From Pelagomonas calceolata (lineage: Eukaryota), in the NCBI GenBank assembly GCA_918797485.1, contig CAKKNE010000003.1, forward strand, positions 3,286,001 to 3,350,000: a DNA stretch of 64,000 nt, written 5' to 3'. The position numbers were made by a program, and so were the translations under genes. The notes beneath the pieces were generated by a model. The model was not told the origin of the DNA. It ran no database searches and saw only the letters and a list, made by a program, of their open reading frames with translations. Of this stretch, positions 36,770-49,164 are shown piece after piece. How positions within the stretch are numbered: the first letter of the stretch is position 1; each line of letters begins with the position of its first letter.

Positions 36770-37144
36770 CTAGGTTGGCACTTACCCGAGGGGTTATTAA
36801 CCCCAATCGTGGCCCGGGGTCAGTAACCCGGGTAATTACCCGTTAGTACGGGTTATTAACCCCGGGATCTTATAGAGGGGTAGGGGGAGGGGGGCTCACG
36901 GGCCACTGGCGCGGGCCTGGGCCGCGCCAGGCCACATGACTTGGTACTTGCCTTGGCGCACCTGTACGTATCCAAAAGCTCAACGGGCTGCTTGCGCCCA
37001 TCCGCTTGCCCGGAGGGGCCTTTCGCTAATCTCACTAAACGGGTTTAGTCGAACCCGTCGGGTTGGGCGGGTACTAACCCCGGATCCCCTCCGAGGGGTA
37101 ATGATAGGTTAAAAACGGGTAATTACAGGTAAGTGCCAACCTAG
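36770..37144. mobile_element. Intact 375-bp hAT-like MITE (family B) with perfect 8-bp TSD
   Basis: TIR CTAGGTTGGCACTTACC / GGTAAGTGCCAACCTAG; TSD CCACTGGG at 36762-36769 and 37145-37152; internal GGGTTATTAACCC motifs. Confidence 0.92.
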
Positions 37145-37512
37145 CCACTGGGAGATGTGGAACTTGGAATTTACATGCTGGAATGTGCGGAACTTGGGTT
37201 CTTGCGAAATCCGGCCACTCGGGCAGCGGGGTGCGCGGACGCCAAGGTTGCGCGCCATCAATAGTGTCCGACGGGGCCGGGCCAATGTTGCTGAAAGCCG
37301 GGTAAGGTAAGCTAGCGTCTCCTTAATGACTCCATCTATAAGCTGTCGTCTTAACCGCCATTGCTTCAAAGATAGATACCCCTAGCAGCAGCGTCATATG
37401 TATCAGGCGGCCTGGATCTATCAACCGGATATATTTTATTTACTTGGTGACGGATACTGCCGTAGTGACACAAAGTTCACATAAGTAGCTGCACTAATCA
37501 TGGTGGTCTGTA

Positions 37513-40386
37513 TCAGCTTAGAAGTGTGTCTCGCTTGGTTTGTGTCCAAAGGGCGATGTCACGAAGGCTGTCTTGACGAAGTGCCTCCTGTATGACTTCT
37601 ACGACAAAGTTTTGTCGGAAATAAACTGAGACCTGTGTAGAAGAACAATCTCAGTGAACTAGGCGAAAGTTGAATATATTAAAAAGACGCCAATCACACC
37701 TCTTCAGCATGCTGGACAAGTAGTGTAGCTAGGTCGCCAATAAGCCCGACTGAATTCTTAATGAGGCTTGGGTCGTCTCCATTTTCATTCACTACGACTT
37801 CTAAAAATTGAAAAATATTTCCTAGATGAGGCTTTATGAATGGTGAACCACCACCATCATGTAACCTGTGAAGTTGGGCTCAAATACTACAAGAATCGTG
37901 AAGACAGGCTCTGATGACTAGCCCCTGAACAACGCCAATGTACGCTTCCAAGATGCCCTCGCGCAAGACAGTTATGTACTCCACTAGATCTTCATCATCT
38001 GGCGATATCTTCATCGCTGCGGCCTGCTCGAGCATTTGGAGTGTGGATGGGAGATACTTAACAAAATTCCCACTAACAGCGAGCGCAATGTCACCAAAGC
38101 AAGATAGCACAGCTGGCTTGACTTGTCGATTCAAAGTTGGATTTTGCAGATCTTCTAGCAAACAACGGACGATTTCGTCACAATATGGGAGGATCCGACT
38201 CTCCAACGCACGACACACGTCACCTGCTGTTCCAACCGAAGCGGAACAGACTTGCCAGTCTGCATAATTTCGCAGTCCTTTGATGAGGAAAGGAAAAAAG
38301 TCACCCATGTATTTGTCGAACGCTTGTTCAACTGTAGAGGCAATTGCTCCAAGGGCCATAAAGGCCTCCTCCGATGCTATTGCATGCTCATTATTGAGAA
38401 CCTGTAGGAGCAAAGCAACTATATGATCACAGAACGGCTCGATGTCCTTGTCTACAGCGCGTGTAATAACTTGCATCACGCTACAGAGGAGACTCTGCAA
38501 TTGATAACGCTCCTCTTTGTCATCTTGCGAGACAACAACAGTTGAAAACGTCGAGTGGAGCCGTTGTAGAACTACTTGCATGACCTCAAGAACAACTGGT
38601 CGCATGTCGCGTGCGTGATTTTGAATCAACATGTTGACAGCTTCATAAGCTTGGCCGCGAAGATTATGATCTTGCCAGTCACGCCTTTCGGTCGCAGCAA
38701 GAAGCTGCGTCAACAGAGGACGAAAAAAAGGTGACAGAGCATTCGTTTCACGACTTCTGGGCGCACGCTCAAAGGCTTGTGCAAGATTGTGTAGTGCAAA
38801 GCAAGATTGAGATGCGACTCTAGCACTATCCTGAAGGGCACCGCCTAAGCTCTCGACGAGTGGCTGAAGGTAACCTTGTGGTATTCGCTGCGCGTGGAGT
38901 TCACAGATCCGCCCAAGAGTCCAAGCTGCTGTATCTTTGACCAATGTGTGGTTGTCTTTCAAGGTTCGGACAAGGACGGGCATTGCAGTTTGCACTGGGT
39001 CAGTGAGCAGCTCGGGTTTTGGCCCATCCAGAAGCTGACCGAAGGCCATGATGCTGGCTTCACGCCGCCGCCATTCGGCGTGCAGAATGTTGCTTTCGAC
39101 GAAAGCAAGAACATCGGGGACTATGGCATCGCCGGCGGCTTGGGCTACCAGGCCTAAACAAATCGCCCCAGCGGCACTAAGATTCCAGGTATCTTCATCA
39201 GCATATTCATCCTGTTTGACAAGGGTGGATTGTAACAGCACAGGGACGATATGACTGGCTGCTGCGCACACATACCGCGCACATTGTCGGTGTGACAATG
39301 TGCGCGACTGATCAACCGAATTCGTTTCTTCAAGAATCTCCAATTCTTCCTCACACAAGGACGACCAAAATTCAACAGCCATCATTGAAACCTGTTCGTC
39401 TTTATCTTGTTGTATTGCCGTCAATGTCAACGTGAAAAGAGCTTCAATATACTGTGGAAGCTTTTCATAATAAAGAGCTGCAACGCGAGCTAGGGACTCG
39501 AATGCAATGATGCGCAATTGCTCGTCAGGGCTCTTTGTTGCGGTGCAGAGAACCTGCATGATCATCGTTCGCTCTGTCTCATTGTCAAAATTGTGCCGTG
39601 TAAAAACTAGACTACTCAAAAGAGCTCGTGCAGCGGCAACTCTCACTGTAATAGCACCATCTTCCCTCATGCCATCTACTATGGCAGTCAGGATTTGATT
39701 TGTCTCTGTCTGATCTACCGCCTCTTCTTCAAGATCTTCACAGAGGTAGCCGAGAGCCTCAAGAGTAGATGTTTTCGTGAGGTTGCTGTTTCCAACATCC
39801 TTTGTTGTCATGTTCTTGAGCAACTGTCCAAGCAATTCTGGCCATTGTTTCTCCTGCAGCTCCAATGCACCTATCTTGGCAACGACTAGTGCACCAGCGT
39901 GCGCGGCTTGGGGATTCGCGGACCGCAACACCTTAAGGCATGCTATTTTCACATGAGATCTGGAGTTGGCGTCTACGTCTGTATACCATTTTCTCTTTTT
40001 CTCTGCAGATATATGCGCGTCTCGGGCGAACAGTAAGTTCTTCAGATGAAGTCCTGCAAGTTGTCGCCTGCATTGGATATATTAGCATAAGTCAGATTTT
40101 CAAAGCGAATCGCGTGTTTCCAACACAGCTCTACGAATGCTCATTCCTACCCTCCTCCGAAAGTTCATCTGCAAGCGCGACCATCAATTGTGGCTACAAT
40201 CGAGGCGAGTTATGGTGTTTAAATTAAACAAGGGCTCACCAAAGATTGTGATTCCCATTGGCATAGTTGGTGCTCGGCTGCATTTCTGACGGTCAGTTCT
40301 AAGAGCACAGCATGATACCAAGCCTACTTGCCACAGTTACCTTGACTTTGAGCATTGAGCAAAATTGAACTAAGATCGCGGGCCAT
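37513..40386 (-). CDS. KPNB1: Importin subunit beta-1; several short introns including GC-AG 37866-37922; 3' end approximate
   Basis: MARDLSSILLNAQS, QWPELL, TLEALGYLCE, NQILTAIVDGM, AVEFWSSLCEEE, WRRREASIMAFG, VKDTAAWTLGRICE, VKPAVLSCFGDIALA. Confidence 0.92.
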
Positions 40387-41673
40387 CACCAAGTCCCGGC
40401 GTCGATACAAGCGTAAAACCTAGTACTAGTACTAGGGGCACTTTAGGTCCGGGTTTTGGGGCCCTGGAGGACGGCTAGCCGCGTTTTTCGCGCGGATTTT
40501 TGTACCGAGCCCTGCACCGGGTCGATTACGACCCCGCGGAGGTGGTTTGGGGCTGGGGGCGACCGCCTCTGATTTAAGGGAATTTATTTCGTGACGAAAA
40601 ATGGCCTCGGGATGGGCAACGGTACACTAAATCGACCCGAGGTGAGCCCTTAGCCCGCGGGATAGCTCCGATGACACCCGGCGATGGCTGAAACGGCCAT
40701 ACCCGCCCAGGTGGGGAGGGGTGGCGTGCGGCCCGGCAGTAGGCTTATCGGCTCGGGGTTCGTGACGGGAACAAGAACTTGCACCCACAGCCACAGCTCA
40801 ACAGAAGCACCCTCGGGGACCACATAGCTTCCCCGCTCCTCGGGCGTGTAGGAGACCATTTCAAAAATGTGAATTTTGGCCGCTTGTTCGATGGCTTTTG
40901 CGGCTCCAGCGCGGAGTCAAAACGCGAGAGGCCCGATCCGGGCACGATTCCGCCGGCTAGAGGGACACATTCGCTCGAGGGGGATGGCGGTCACCGACGG
41001 TGGGGAGCTCGTAACGGCGGATAACGGGGGCGACAATATTTTGGCTTTCCACGCCATCGCCGCGATTCCCATCAGGAAAGCCTCAACCAACTCGAAAGGT
41101 CACCACGCGGTGGTATGAATAGTATCGATGCGCGGGGTACCGCGTTTTCGACCAGGGTGCTGCTACGTGGCTTTCCAAAGCCTCGACAGAAGCGCCGCAC
41201 AAACGCTTCGCGCCGAGCGTCGCGACCTGCCCATCGTCGGTCGTGTCCATTTTCCTACAGCGCAGGTTGGCGTCATCGCTGAAACACCCCTGAACACCCC
41301 ATCTCGCGTCTCGAGATCGTAATCATGGTAATGCTAAGCTGCTGGTTTTGGCGTGCTGGTGGTCCGTGGCGCTGCGGTTGGTTCTCTCTTTCTCGGCAGG
41401 GCTGCGCGATGCAGGGTGAGCCGCTATGTACTCACATCTCTCCTAATCGTCTACGCTGGCCAGCACGCAGCGTTTAAAGACGAAATCGGGCCATCCAGAG
41501 CTCGTCTCGACGCGAGAGCCGATTCGCGCAAAGGAGCTATAACTTTGCGGAGGCGTCGCCGGAGCCCGTCCGACAGCCCTCGAGGCCTAGGGGGAGCTAT
41601 AGTCTCGTTTTCCTTTTGTTTGCTAAACCTGTTTTGTCTTAAAGTGCCCCTACTAGTAGTAGAGCCGGTGTGG

Positions 41674-42147
41674 TTGAGTGATGGCTAGGTTGCAGGTTGC
41701 AGGTAGACTACGGCAGGTACCCGAGGTTGTAGATTTCGAACGCGCGGCCACTTTTACAAAGCCGGAGAAACGCGGCCTGGAGAGGCGCCGGCTAAACATC
41801 ATGGAACGGGCTCCAATTCGCTTGCGTCGTGGAAACTCGTGCCGTTCGGGGCGGTTGCGCTGGCGACTCCAATTTCGCTTTTTTGACGACGTCGAGCTAG
41901 AGAATTTCCGGCCGACGGCGCGAGGCCTCTATAACGCAAGACTAGGTAAGTGAAGAATGAAGCCCTTGTGCTCATCAGATAGCCGCCTTGGACCGGTGTC
42001 CGTTCGCGTGCTTCGCCTCCCATTTGACAAGCGACGTTTCGCCCTTAGGCCCGCTATACTTTAAAAGCGGCAGCGCGTTCAAAACCCATAACCTCAATTA
42101 CCCGCCCTAGTCTTCCTGCAGCAACCTGCAACCTAGCCATCGCTCAA
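41674..42147. mobile_element. Foldback/MITE with ~90-bp imperfect TIRs; no TSD found
   Basis: TTGAGTGATGGCTAGGTTGCAGGTTGCAGGTAGACTA...GAACGCGC.GCC.CTTTTA versus the reverse complement of 42060-42147. Confidence 0.8.
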
Positions 42148-42161
42148 AGATGATGGAAAGT

Positions 42162-43397
42162 CACTGGCAGGCTTATTAGTACTAGTAGAATACCGCCAAG
42201 GGACAGCAACCGTCACGGTGACTTGAGTTGAACGTGCCAGCAGGCCAATAATATGACCCTGCAAAGAGAGGCGTCAGGAAGACCTCAAACCTCGCAAATC
42301 TCCTGGGTTATTTGGCAGTTCCCTATCCTATCCTATTGACCTACGCAACCGCAGGACCTAGATCACCGTGAGTCCGTGACGGGCCCGTGGGCATTTAAGA
42401 AATTTGGTACTTCGGCGATCCCACAAGGAGTCCAAGTCGTCACTTCGGGGTTTAATTCAAGCCCGCGGCCCGGAGGTCGAAAATTGGGTCCTTGAGTTTT
42501 GTTTCCCCGGCTTTCTTAAGCTCAGGCTGCCGCCGGCGGTGTCACGGTCGGCAAGGCTGCCCTGGGCCCTAAGGGTCTTCAAGTTTGGTGGTCCAAAATT
42601 ATGCACGCCATCTCAATCATGATGATTCCTGAATTATTGTTCTTTGCATTGTTCACTGTAGACAAATCAGGAAGCCAACATAGTTCGAGTTTTATTGGCT
42701 TGACTAAAACAAAAGAACCGACCGGCGTGACCAGCCTGAATTGCAACATCCCAAACAGACGGAATCAGCTTTCAAGGAGCTTATCATGATTGTGTGGGAT
42801 GAGCATAGCCTCAGGCTGAGCAATCTGAATGAGTGCAGATATAATAAAGATAAAAACATAACGTGAATATGCCACTCATATCAGCAACTTGAACTTGAAC
42901 TTGAACCACAGAAGTATTTAGTAGCAAAGCCTTCCAAGCCTGAGTCCTCTCCGAGTCTCAGTCAGGTCGTTCTTACGCTTTGGCGGGTGGACTCGGAGGG
43001 GTCGGTAAGTCCAAGGTCAAAAATGTTGTAAGAGCCATAACTTCCATAACTTGAACTTGAAGAAAAAAAGCACTGGCACCTCAGGCCAGAGTAGTTCGAG
43101 CTTCATCAACTGGCGCTTCTTGATGAATTCGAGTCACAGAAACTCAGGATAAAGTAGCCAAGAAGCGCGCAAGGCCGCGTCTATTGTACTAAAGCCTGAC
43201 TCGCCGCCGCCGGCGGAGGGAGCTGGTAACTTGAAACCCCGCCTCCGGGCCACAAACTTCCGATTCGTAAACTCTGTAACTCAGGCTAATCATTTTTTTG
43301 TCAAAACATGCGCGATTATTTTTGTCAAAACATAGTGGGATGTGTTCGCACGGCCCAGGCCGAGAGGATCACATTGCACGTATTTCAAGTTCAAGTT
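42162..43397. other. Second dense cluster of XY-C-rc(XY)-G-XY scars
   Basis: Matches at 42162, 42180, 42212, 42521, 42531, 42541, 42578, 42616, 42783, 42810, 42886, 42892, 42898, 42937, 42950, 42990, 43048, 43054, 43071, 43208, 43228, 43280, 43384, 43390. Confidence 0.85.
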
Positions 43398-43416
43398 ATG
43401 GATGATGCAAAGAGAC

Positions 43417-43868
43417 CTAGGGTGCGATTTACGTGGAAAAAACGCGTAAGTTACAAGTAAAGCACCGCTACAGGAGATCCCACGTAAAAAACGGCGTAAA
43501 AAAGGAGGTATCCAAAAGTCCTTCCAGGGCTCCCGAAGCCGGCGCTAGCAGCCCTTTTAGACACTAGCTCGCGATCAGCACCTCGCAGAGTGTGGCTGCC
43601 CCAAACGTTGTCAGAGCCGAGCCAATTGCTAGTTGCATGCTGTTGCGAGCAAGGTGTGCACTCTAGGTGTGGGCTTATGCGCCGTGCTCGTGCTGCTATT
43701 GAACTGCGTGGCCACCAAGGCCTTGTTTAGGCGCTCTGCCTGCGTGTGTGCGGGTTTTATAAATAAATGCACGCGTAAATTACGCGTAAATTGCGGCGTA
43801 AATGACGCTGGACCGTTTCTCACGTAAAGAACGCCCCGGGCCGGGGCCGTGCGTAAATCGCACCCTAG
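43417..43868. mobile_element. MITE family C, longer copy
   Basis: Perfect 17-bp TIR CTAGGGTGCGATTTACG / CGTAAATCGCACCCTAG. Contains about 120 bp absent from the 10799 copy. TSD not clean. Confidence 0.85.
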
Positions 43869-44092
43869 CAGAGCGGAGATTAAGGGAGATTTAACTATTC
43901 TGGCATAGTAAACTTTTGAAAAGCTTTTGAAAACCGGGAAGGTTTTTTGAAAAAAACGCAGGGCTCCGGGGGCTTGCATTCCCTCCTATAACGCGCGGTC
44001 GCGCGGCGGCGCGGCGGCGAGCCACGGGCCTGTCTTCGGCGAACGAAGCGCCATGCAGTCGTATGAGTATCGTTCGGTTCGCTCATGGTCCA

Positions 44093-44690
44093 AAGAGATC
44101 AATGTGACACTTACTGAGGGGCGAAAAAAATAATTTCTTTAATTCGCGATATTGACGGTCCCGCCATGACGGCCGCGTCGATGGAATCCTGTCGATTTGC
44201 GGCCCGGAGGTCTCCCAGGGGTCGATTTTGGTCGGTGGTAGACGTGCGCACGCGCCTACAGCGCGTGCGCCACCCCTTCCATCAGTCTATACTTATCAAG
44301 CAAGGTGCTCAGCCAGCCAACCAGCTTGAGCCCAAGTCCTCAAAGTTTTGGATCCAGAGTTCTCTGGAGAGCCCCAAGCACCGGCGCATGCGGCGTGGGC
44401 GACTACCCGCCCCAGACCTATCCGAGAGGGAGTCCGCGAGCCGAGCTGCCCCCGAAAAAAGTGTGCAATTTGGACCTGATGGCACCGTTCCCGTCAAAAA
44501 CGCCAATTACCCGAGGGGCCCCAGTAGTCGCCGTAGCGGTCTCGTTGGACCCCATACTACCCCAACGAGTCAATTACAAGTATATGAAAAAAAAAAATAA
44601 GAAGGGTACTTTTGGCTGCCCACGCTCGGGACGCGAACATCTTGATCTGGACCTCGCGTAAGTCCGTCGGTCATAAAATAAATGATCGCG
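44093..44690. mobile_element. Candidate 598-bp insertion with 10-bp TSD (MULE-like)
   Basis: TCATGGTCCA at 44083-44092 and 44691-44700; only weak terminal symmetry. Confidence 0.45.
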
Positions 44691-45931
44691 TCATGGTCCA
44701 TGGTGAAGGTACACGGGCTGATGGCCGCAGGTGTAAGTAATTCGCCGTTTTAACCTAGATCGGGGCTCGCAAGACCGACGACCCGCGCCGAGCATCTTGG
44801 GGTCTCGGAGCAATGTAGTACGCGTTCAGGCCAGTTAGCTGGCACGTCCCACAACCGAAGCGCCTGAAACGCGAATTTATTTTACAAACCACCGGTCTGG
44901 GGCCTTTCTGGTGCTCCGTCTCCGCACCGTCGTCCGCGGAGAACGGGCAAGTCGATCGATTGTGAATAGAACAACGGCGTTACGGTCCATCTGGATGGTG
45001 TCGTCGCTGATACTCGCAGGTCCAGGTATTAAGCCCGTTTCGCATGAACGCGGGGTCGCGAAGTCGTCGTTTCGCGAGGCTCTAACGGAGCCCTTAATCG
45101 GTCTCACGGTCGCTGAGGCGAATAGGACGGACTCTACCACCAACAAACGGAAGGAAACGAACATAAACTCGGGAGTTGTCTAGTAGAATTCTCCTCCCGC
45201 CCTCCGAGCGCTTGCCGTCGGCTCCGGTTCCGTCGATTGTGTATGAAAACTGGGCTGGAGTTGATATGATGTCCCATTTGGACGGTAGAAGGCGCCATCA
45301 ATCGCTGGTGTATTTTGGCGAGCCGTAAGACTCATCCGCGAATGTCGCAGGCGGTGCCTTCCGGGAGGCGCGAGGGTATGTTCCCCGGCCGCTACTGTGG
45401 AATATTTGGTCTCGGCGAATGACTAGGATGTATTCTGAATTTTGGTCATTCTTTTGACGCTATCGAAGCGTATCTTTGAATTTGCTAGTAAGTCGATTAC
45501 GCTAGCTCCGTATTTGGCGGTGTGGCCACTACTGTCAAATATTTGGTCGCTTAAGCGACGCCCCGATACCGCTCGTAAAATTCTATAAATACGCGGAATG
45601 TGCTCGTAGCCTGAGGCCCTATCTCAGGTTATCTGCCCGTCTGTTAACAGCACGGGGCACCAGGCTGATACTTTTTGACCTACCCGACGTCCGAAAAGAG
45701 CTACAGCTAAATGCCCCGGAGGCTAATTTGACACCGCTGAAGATCTCGAAGGCCGCCTTGGCATATCCAGCCATAGACCACTAGCAGTCGAGGGCCCTCG
45801 GAGGCCAAATTACCAGCATAGGGGCGAATTTCGTGTTTCGGACTTGATCACGGTGTGATCACCACTTCGTGAGCTGTAGCCTGAGCGAGGGTGTATATAT
45901 ATAACATAAATAATAGTGGCGGGTCGCGTGG

Positions 45932-46717
45932 TTACGCGTCGGTTTCAGCAAGTACGTTGAGATGGCCATCAATCTCCTCTTCGGTGAGTGCATGGCAGCT
46001 TGAGTCGCCCGAAAGGAGCATCGCCTCGATTTCAGACGCCTTAAAGTCAGCGTTGAGAACGGATTGGAGGGCGGCGATGGCGCACTGGACTGTCTTGTCT
46101 GCGTCATAAGTAGCAAATTCGTCGACCTTCTTCTCAAGGAAATTCGTTGCCTCCGACTCCTTGGCTCCTGCGGCTGTCGCGAAGTAGGGGAAATGGTGGC
46201 CCGCGGGATCGACCTTGAAGATCTGGGGTCCCTTCTCTTCGTCGACGGCCGCAATGATGCAGATTGCTGCTAACGCCCGCAGCGAGGCCTTTTGTGTGTA
46301 CACCTGGCATATGTCTCCCACACGCTTAGCAAGCGACGCTACGGGCATGGCATACCCGTACTGAAATTTGAACTCGGCGGCCTCATATCGCAGCCTTGTC
46401 GCTTGTGTCCGACAATCTGCTGACATGCCTGTCATGAGCACCGCCAGTTTTTCTGTCACTTTGTACAAATTTGTCACCGACGTTGCATCGACCAAGCGGT
46501 CTGGCACTTTCTTCTGTGTCACGAGCACGCAGCTGTCTGCGCCGCGGACGGCAACCGAAGTTAGCCCCGACGTGGTCTGAGCGCATTTGATGGCGTACTC
46601 CACCTGATAAAGTTTGCCGGCGGGCGAAAAGATCGTGATGTGGTGGTCTGCGTGGGGAAGCGGGGCGTGGGGGACGATGAATTCGCGACGCGCACCATAG
46701 TTTGAGTCGCGGCTCAT
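45932..46717 (-). CDS. PSMA6: 20S proteasome subunit alpha-1; in-frame 48-nt intron 46648-46695
   Basis: MSRDSNY|DHHITIFSPAGKLYQVEYAIK, GLTSVAVRG.DS, QKKVPD.L.D, RYEAAEFKFQYGY.MP, FKVDPAG, NFLEKK. Confidence 0.94.
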   Translation of the reverse strand: MSRDSNYGARREFIVPHAPLPHADHHITIFSPAGKLYQVEYAIKCAQTTSGLTSVAVRGADSCVLVTQKKVPDRLVDATSVTNLYKVTEKLAVLMTGMSADCRTQATRLRYEAAEFKFQYGYAMPVASLAKRVGDICQVYTQKASLRALAAICIIAAVDEEKGPQIFKVDPAGHHFPYFATAAGAKESEATNFLEKKVDEFATYDADKTVQCAIAALQSVLNADFKASEIEAMLLSGDSSCHALTEEEIDGHLNVLAETDA

Positions 46718-47039
46718 TCTCAGATTAGCACCCCAACAAACGCGCCGCAAGGGGTCACGCAAACTCTCCTGAACTAGACGAGGTCCGCAACCCCTGTCCT
46801 AGGGCTATAGGCTAGAGGGAGCGTAAACCTTTGCCGCCGCAAAGCGTTACTGACCAACCCGTGGGAAATTCAACGTTCCGGTCGGCGAATCAAATGCTCT
46901 GAACCATCCGGCACCGTGACGAAGACTCTGGAATCATGAATCGCCATTATTGTACAGGGCAAAGAGCCCAACTAACAGGACAGGTGACATGCGCTCTGCT
47001 GGCTAGCGTGGCGCTCTGCGCTCTGAGCTCGGGCCGTCG

Positions 47040-48880
47040 ACTGGCCCAGCATCGGCTCTAGCCTTCCAGCTTAGTAATGTCGGTCGTGGTATATACTTGG
47101 CTAGAGATTGCGGGCATCAAAGATGGCGAGAGCGTAGCTTTGATGGCGTTGACAAGTGAAATTGCGAATCAAATGGATCCTCAATTTCTAGATGCTGCGA
47201 GTTGAGATTAACGCACCTGAAACTCCTCACCTGAAATCACAGGCGTCACTGCGGCAAGTAAATATTCGGCCCTCGTCACTGGATCAACTTCTGGTAAATA
47301 GACAAGGTCGAAATTTCATTTTGGAGCTTTTCAGCTCCCTTAAAAAACAAGGCTACGGTCGATCAGACTTCCTTAGCCTCTGCCTTCGAGAGATCATAGC
47401 CATCGGGCACGTCAGTGAGTTGCTTAAGGTTTGCCCAGGCGACCATATCCTCATTTAGTCCGGCTTGCCTGCCTGGTTGTAGGCCCGCGATCTAATTCTG
47501 TGCGAAGACTTGCACGTTTTCGATGCAGCATTAGTCTATTTCAGTACATGTGCCAAAAATGCAATGCAAAACGCTGCACCCTATGCGTTGGATGAGCGGG
47601 CTATACCGGCCTCGGTTCTAGTCATAGAAAACGTGTTACAACCATGCAGTATGTGCCTTGAAGCTTCATGCTATGCCTTTCACTTTTTTAAGATGCTCGA
47701 GGAGGGCGACGTCAGGGATGAACTTCTCTGGCTCCGTGCTGGACTGGAAATTAGGCCGAGTGCCGGAATTCCAGAAAGGGTTGTGATTGGCAGCTGTGGG
47801 ATATCGTTAAGAAGCAATTTGCGAGAAGCTGCGCTTCGTTTCTTAAGCAAGGATTCATCTTCGGTCCTGGATAAACTCCCTGACAGTTTCAGTCATAACC
47901 CTTCGTTCCTTGATCTGCCCCTCGTTGCAGATCGCCTCTTTGCAATAGCGTCCTTGCCGCGTTAAGCTCCTGAAATTTTAGTGCATTGTTTGAATTGATG
48001 TAGGTTTGATCCTCAACTTGCACATGGGGTGATTCTCCCAGTCATATCCCTTATGATCGCAGTTGCGGCGACTAGGTCAACAGGTTATCGAAGGAATGAG
48101 CCGCGGGACGATACATCAGCCATCACTGCGGAGTTGGCTTGCACAGCAGCATCAGTTCTTGCTTGCGGCCGACGTTGCCTAGAGGAACGTCTGGTAAGTC
48201 ACCCTAATGAACTCGAAGCTGATGGATCCGTCTCACGTGGGGATGCCCTTCTTTCTCTATCTCGGTATTTTCCAGCAGCGCGGCATGGAGTACTTGTTTG
48301 GCTTAAAAAATGCCTGCTGGACCCTGGGTGGCTCTCGACGAGGCTATCACGATTTAGTCCAACCCTCATTTCTATACTGAAGGTGTATGCTACTTACCCA
48401 CGGTCACAGAGAGAAGTCTTTGAAGTTTTGAAATTGGTTGTTGAAAATCCGTGGAGAGCAATCCCTGCTGCTTCTTATGCGAAATGCGATGGAAGTGCCC
48501 TAAGCCCACATGTCCAAGAAAAGTATGAACTTACTGATGCCCGTAAAGCTGCTCTATTTGCACTTATTGACCTTGCCGTTGCCTGGCATGGTGCCCCCGA
48601 GGTCCTCTACTTTGTTGAGAACAGCAAGGGCATTGATGCGTCTCAATTAAGGCATGTCGTTGTGCAACTCTCCCGTAAGACATTGCCACCATACTCGTTT
48701 CGTTTTGCCCATGCCGTTGCAACTTTGCTCTCTTGCTTCAAGGCAAAGCAGATATGGCACTCAGAAACTTACTCCCACGAAGACCGGCAGCTAATTCGAA
48801 CGCTATCCAGTCAAATTGCAACTACTCTCCGGGGGCGCACAATCCATTACACTTACCTTGCTCAGTTGGGGTGTGGTTAG
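47040..48880 (+). CDS. NELF-C/D (TH1-like) homolog, divergent; introns include 47197-47242 (GC-AG) and ones near 47429-47482 and 47951-48003; start not resolved
   Basis: C-terminal GIDASQLRHVVVQL....PPYSFRFA resembles TH1 D.SLIR.FV.EVL....PPY...F. N-terminal WLEIAG...MDPQFLD resembles TH1 WL..TG...FDP...D. Recognised by eye only. Confidence 0.6.
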
Positions 48881-49164
48881 AGAGTGTGGTATATGACCAC
48901 AACATGACGAAGTGTCTCATGCAGGCTAATAAACATTAGGGTTCGGCGGTCTATTCGGCCGAGGGAGGACGCTGCCGAGAATTCCTCATGCTACGCATGG
49001 GAAGTGCTCCATCCTGGGGACCCGGGGCGAAAAGCGCCGCTGGGATGTAGACCATTGCGTGTCCTCCGTCCTCGATTTTTAATAGGTTATTCAATCAAGC
49101 CATCTAATCAGCTTGGCCTAGACACAAGCCGGAAATTCCCTTAGAGCCCTTGTAGATATGGAAC

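Noticed and set aside
40650..45850. Many 60-145 aa ORFs in this spacer (also 101-1666 and 49190-53824)
   Set aside because: No recognisable domains; they overlap repeats and are expected in GC-rich DNA.
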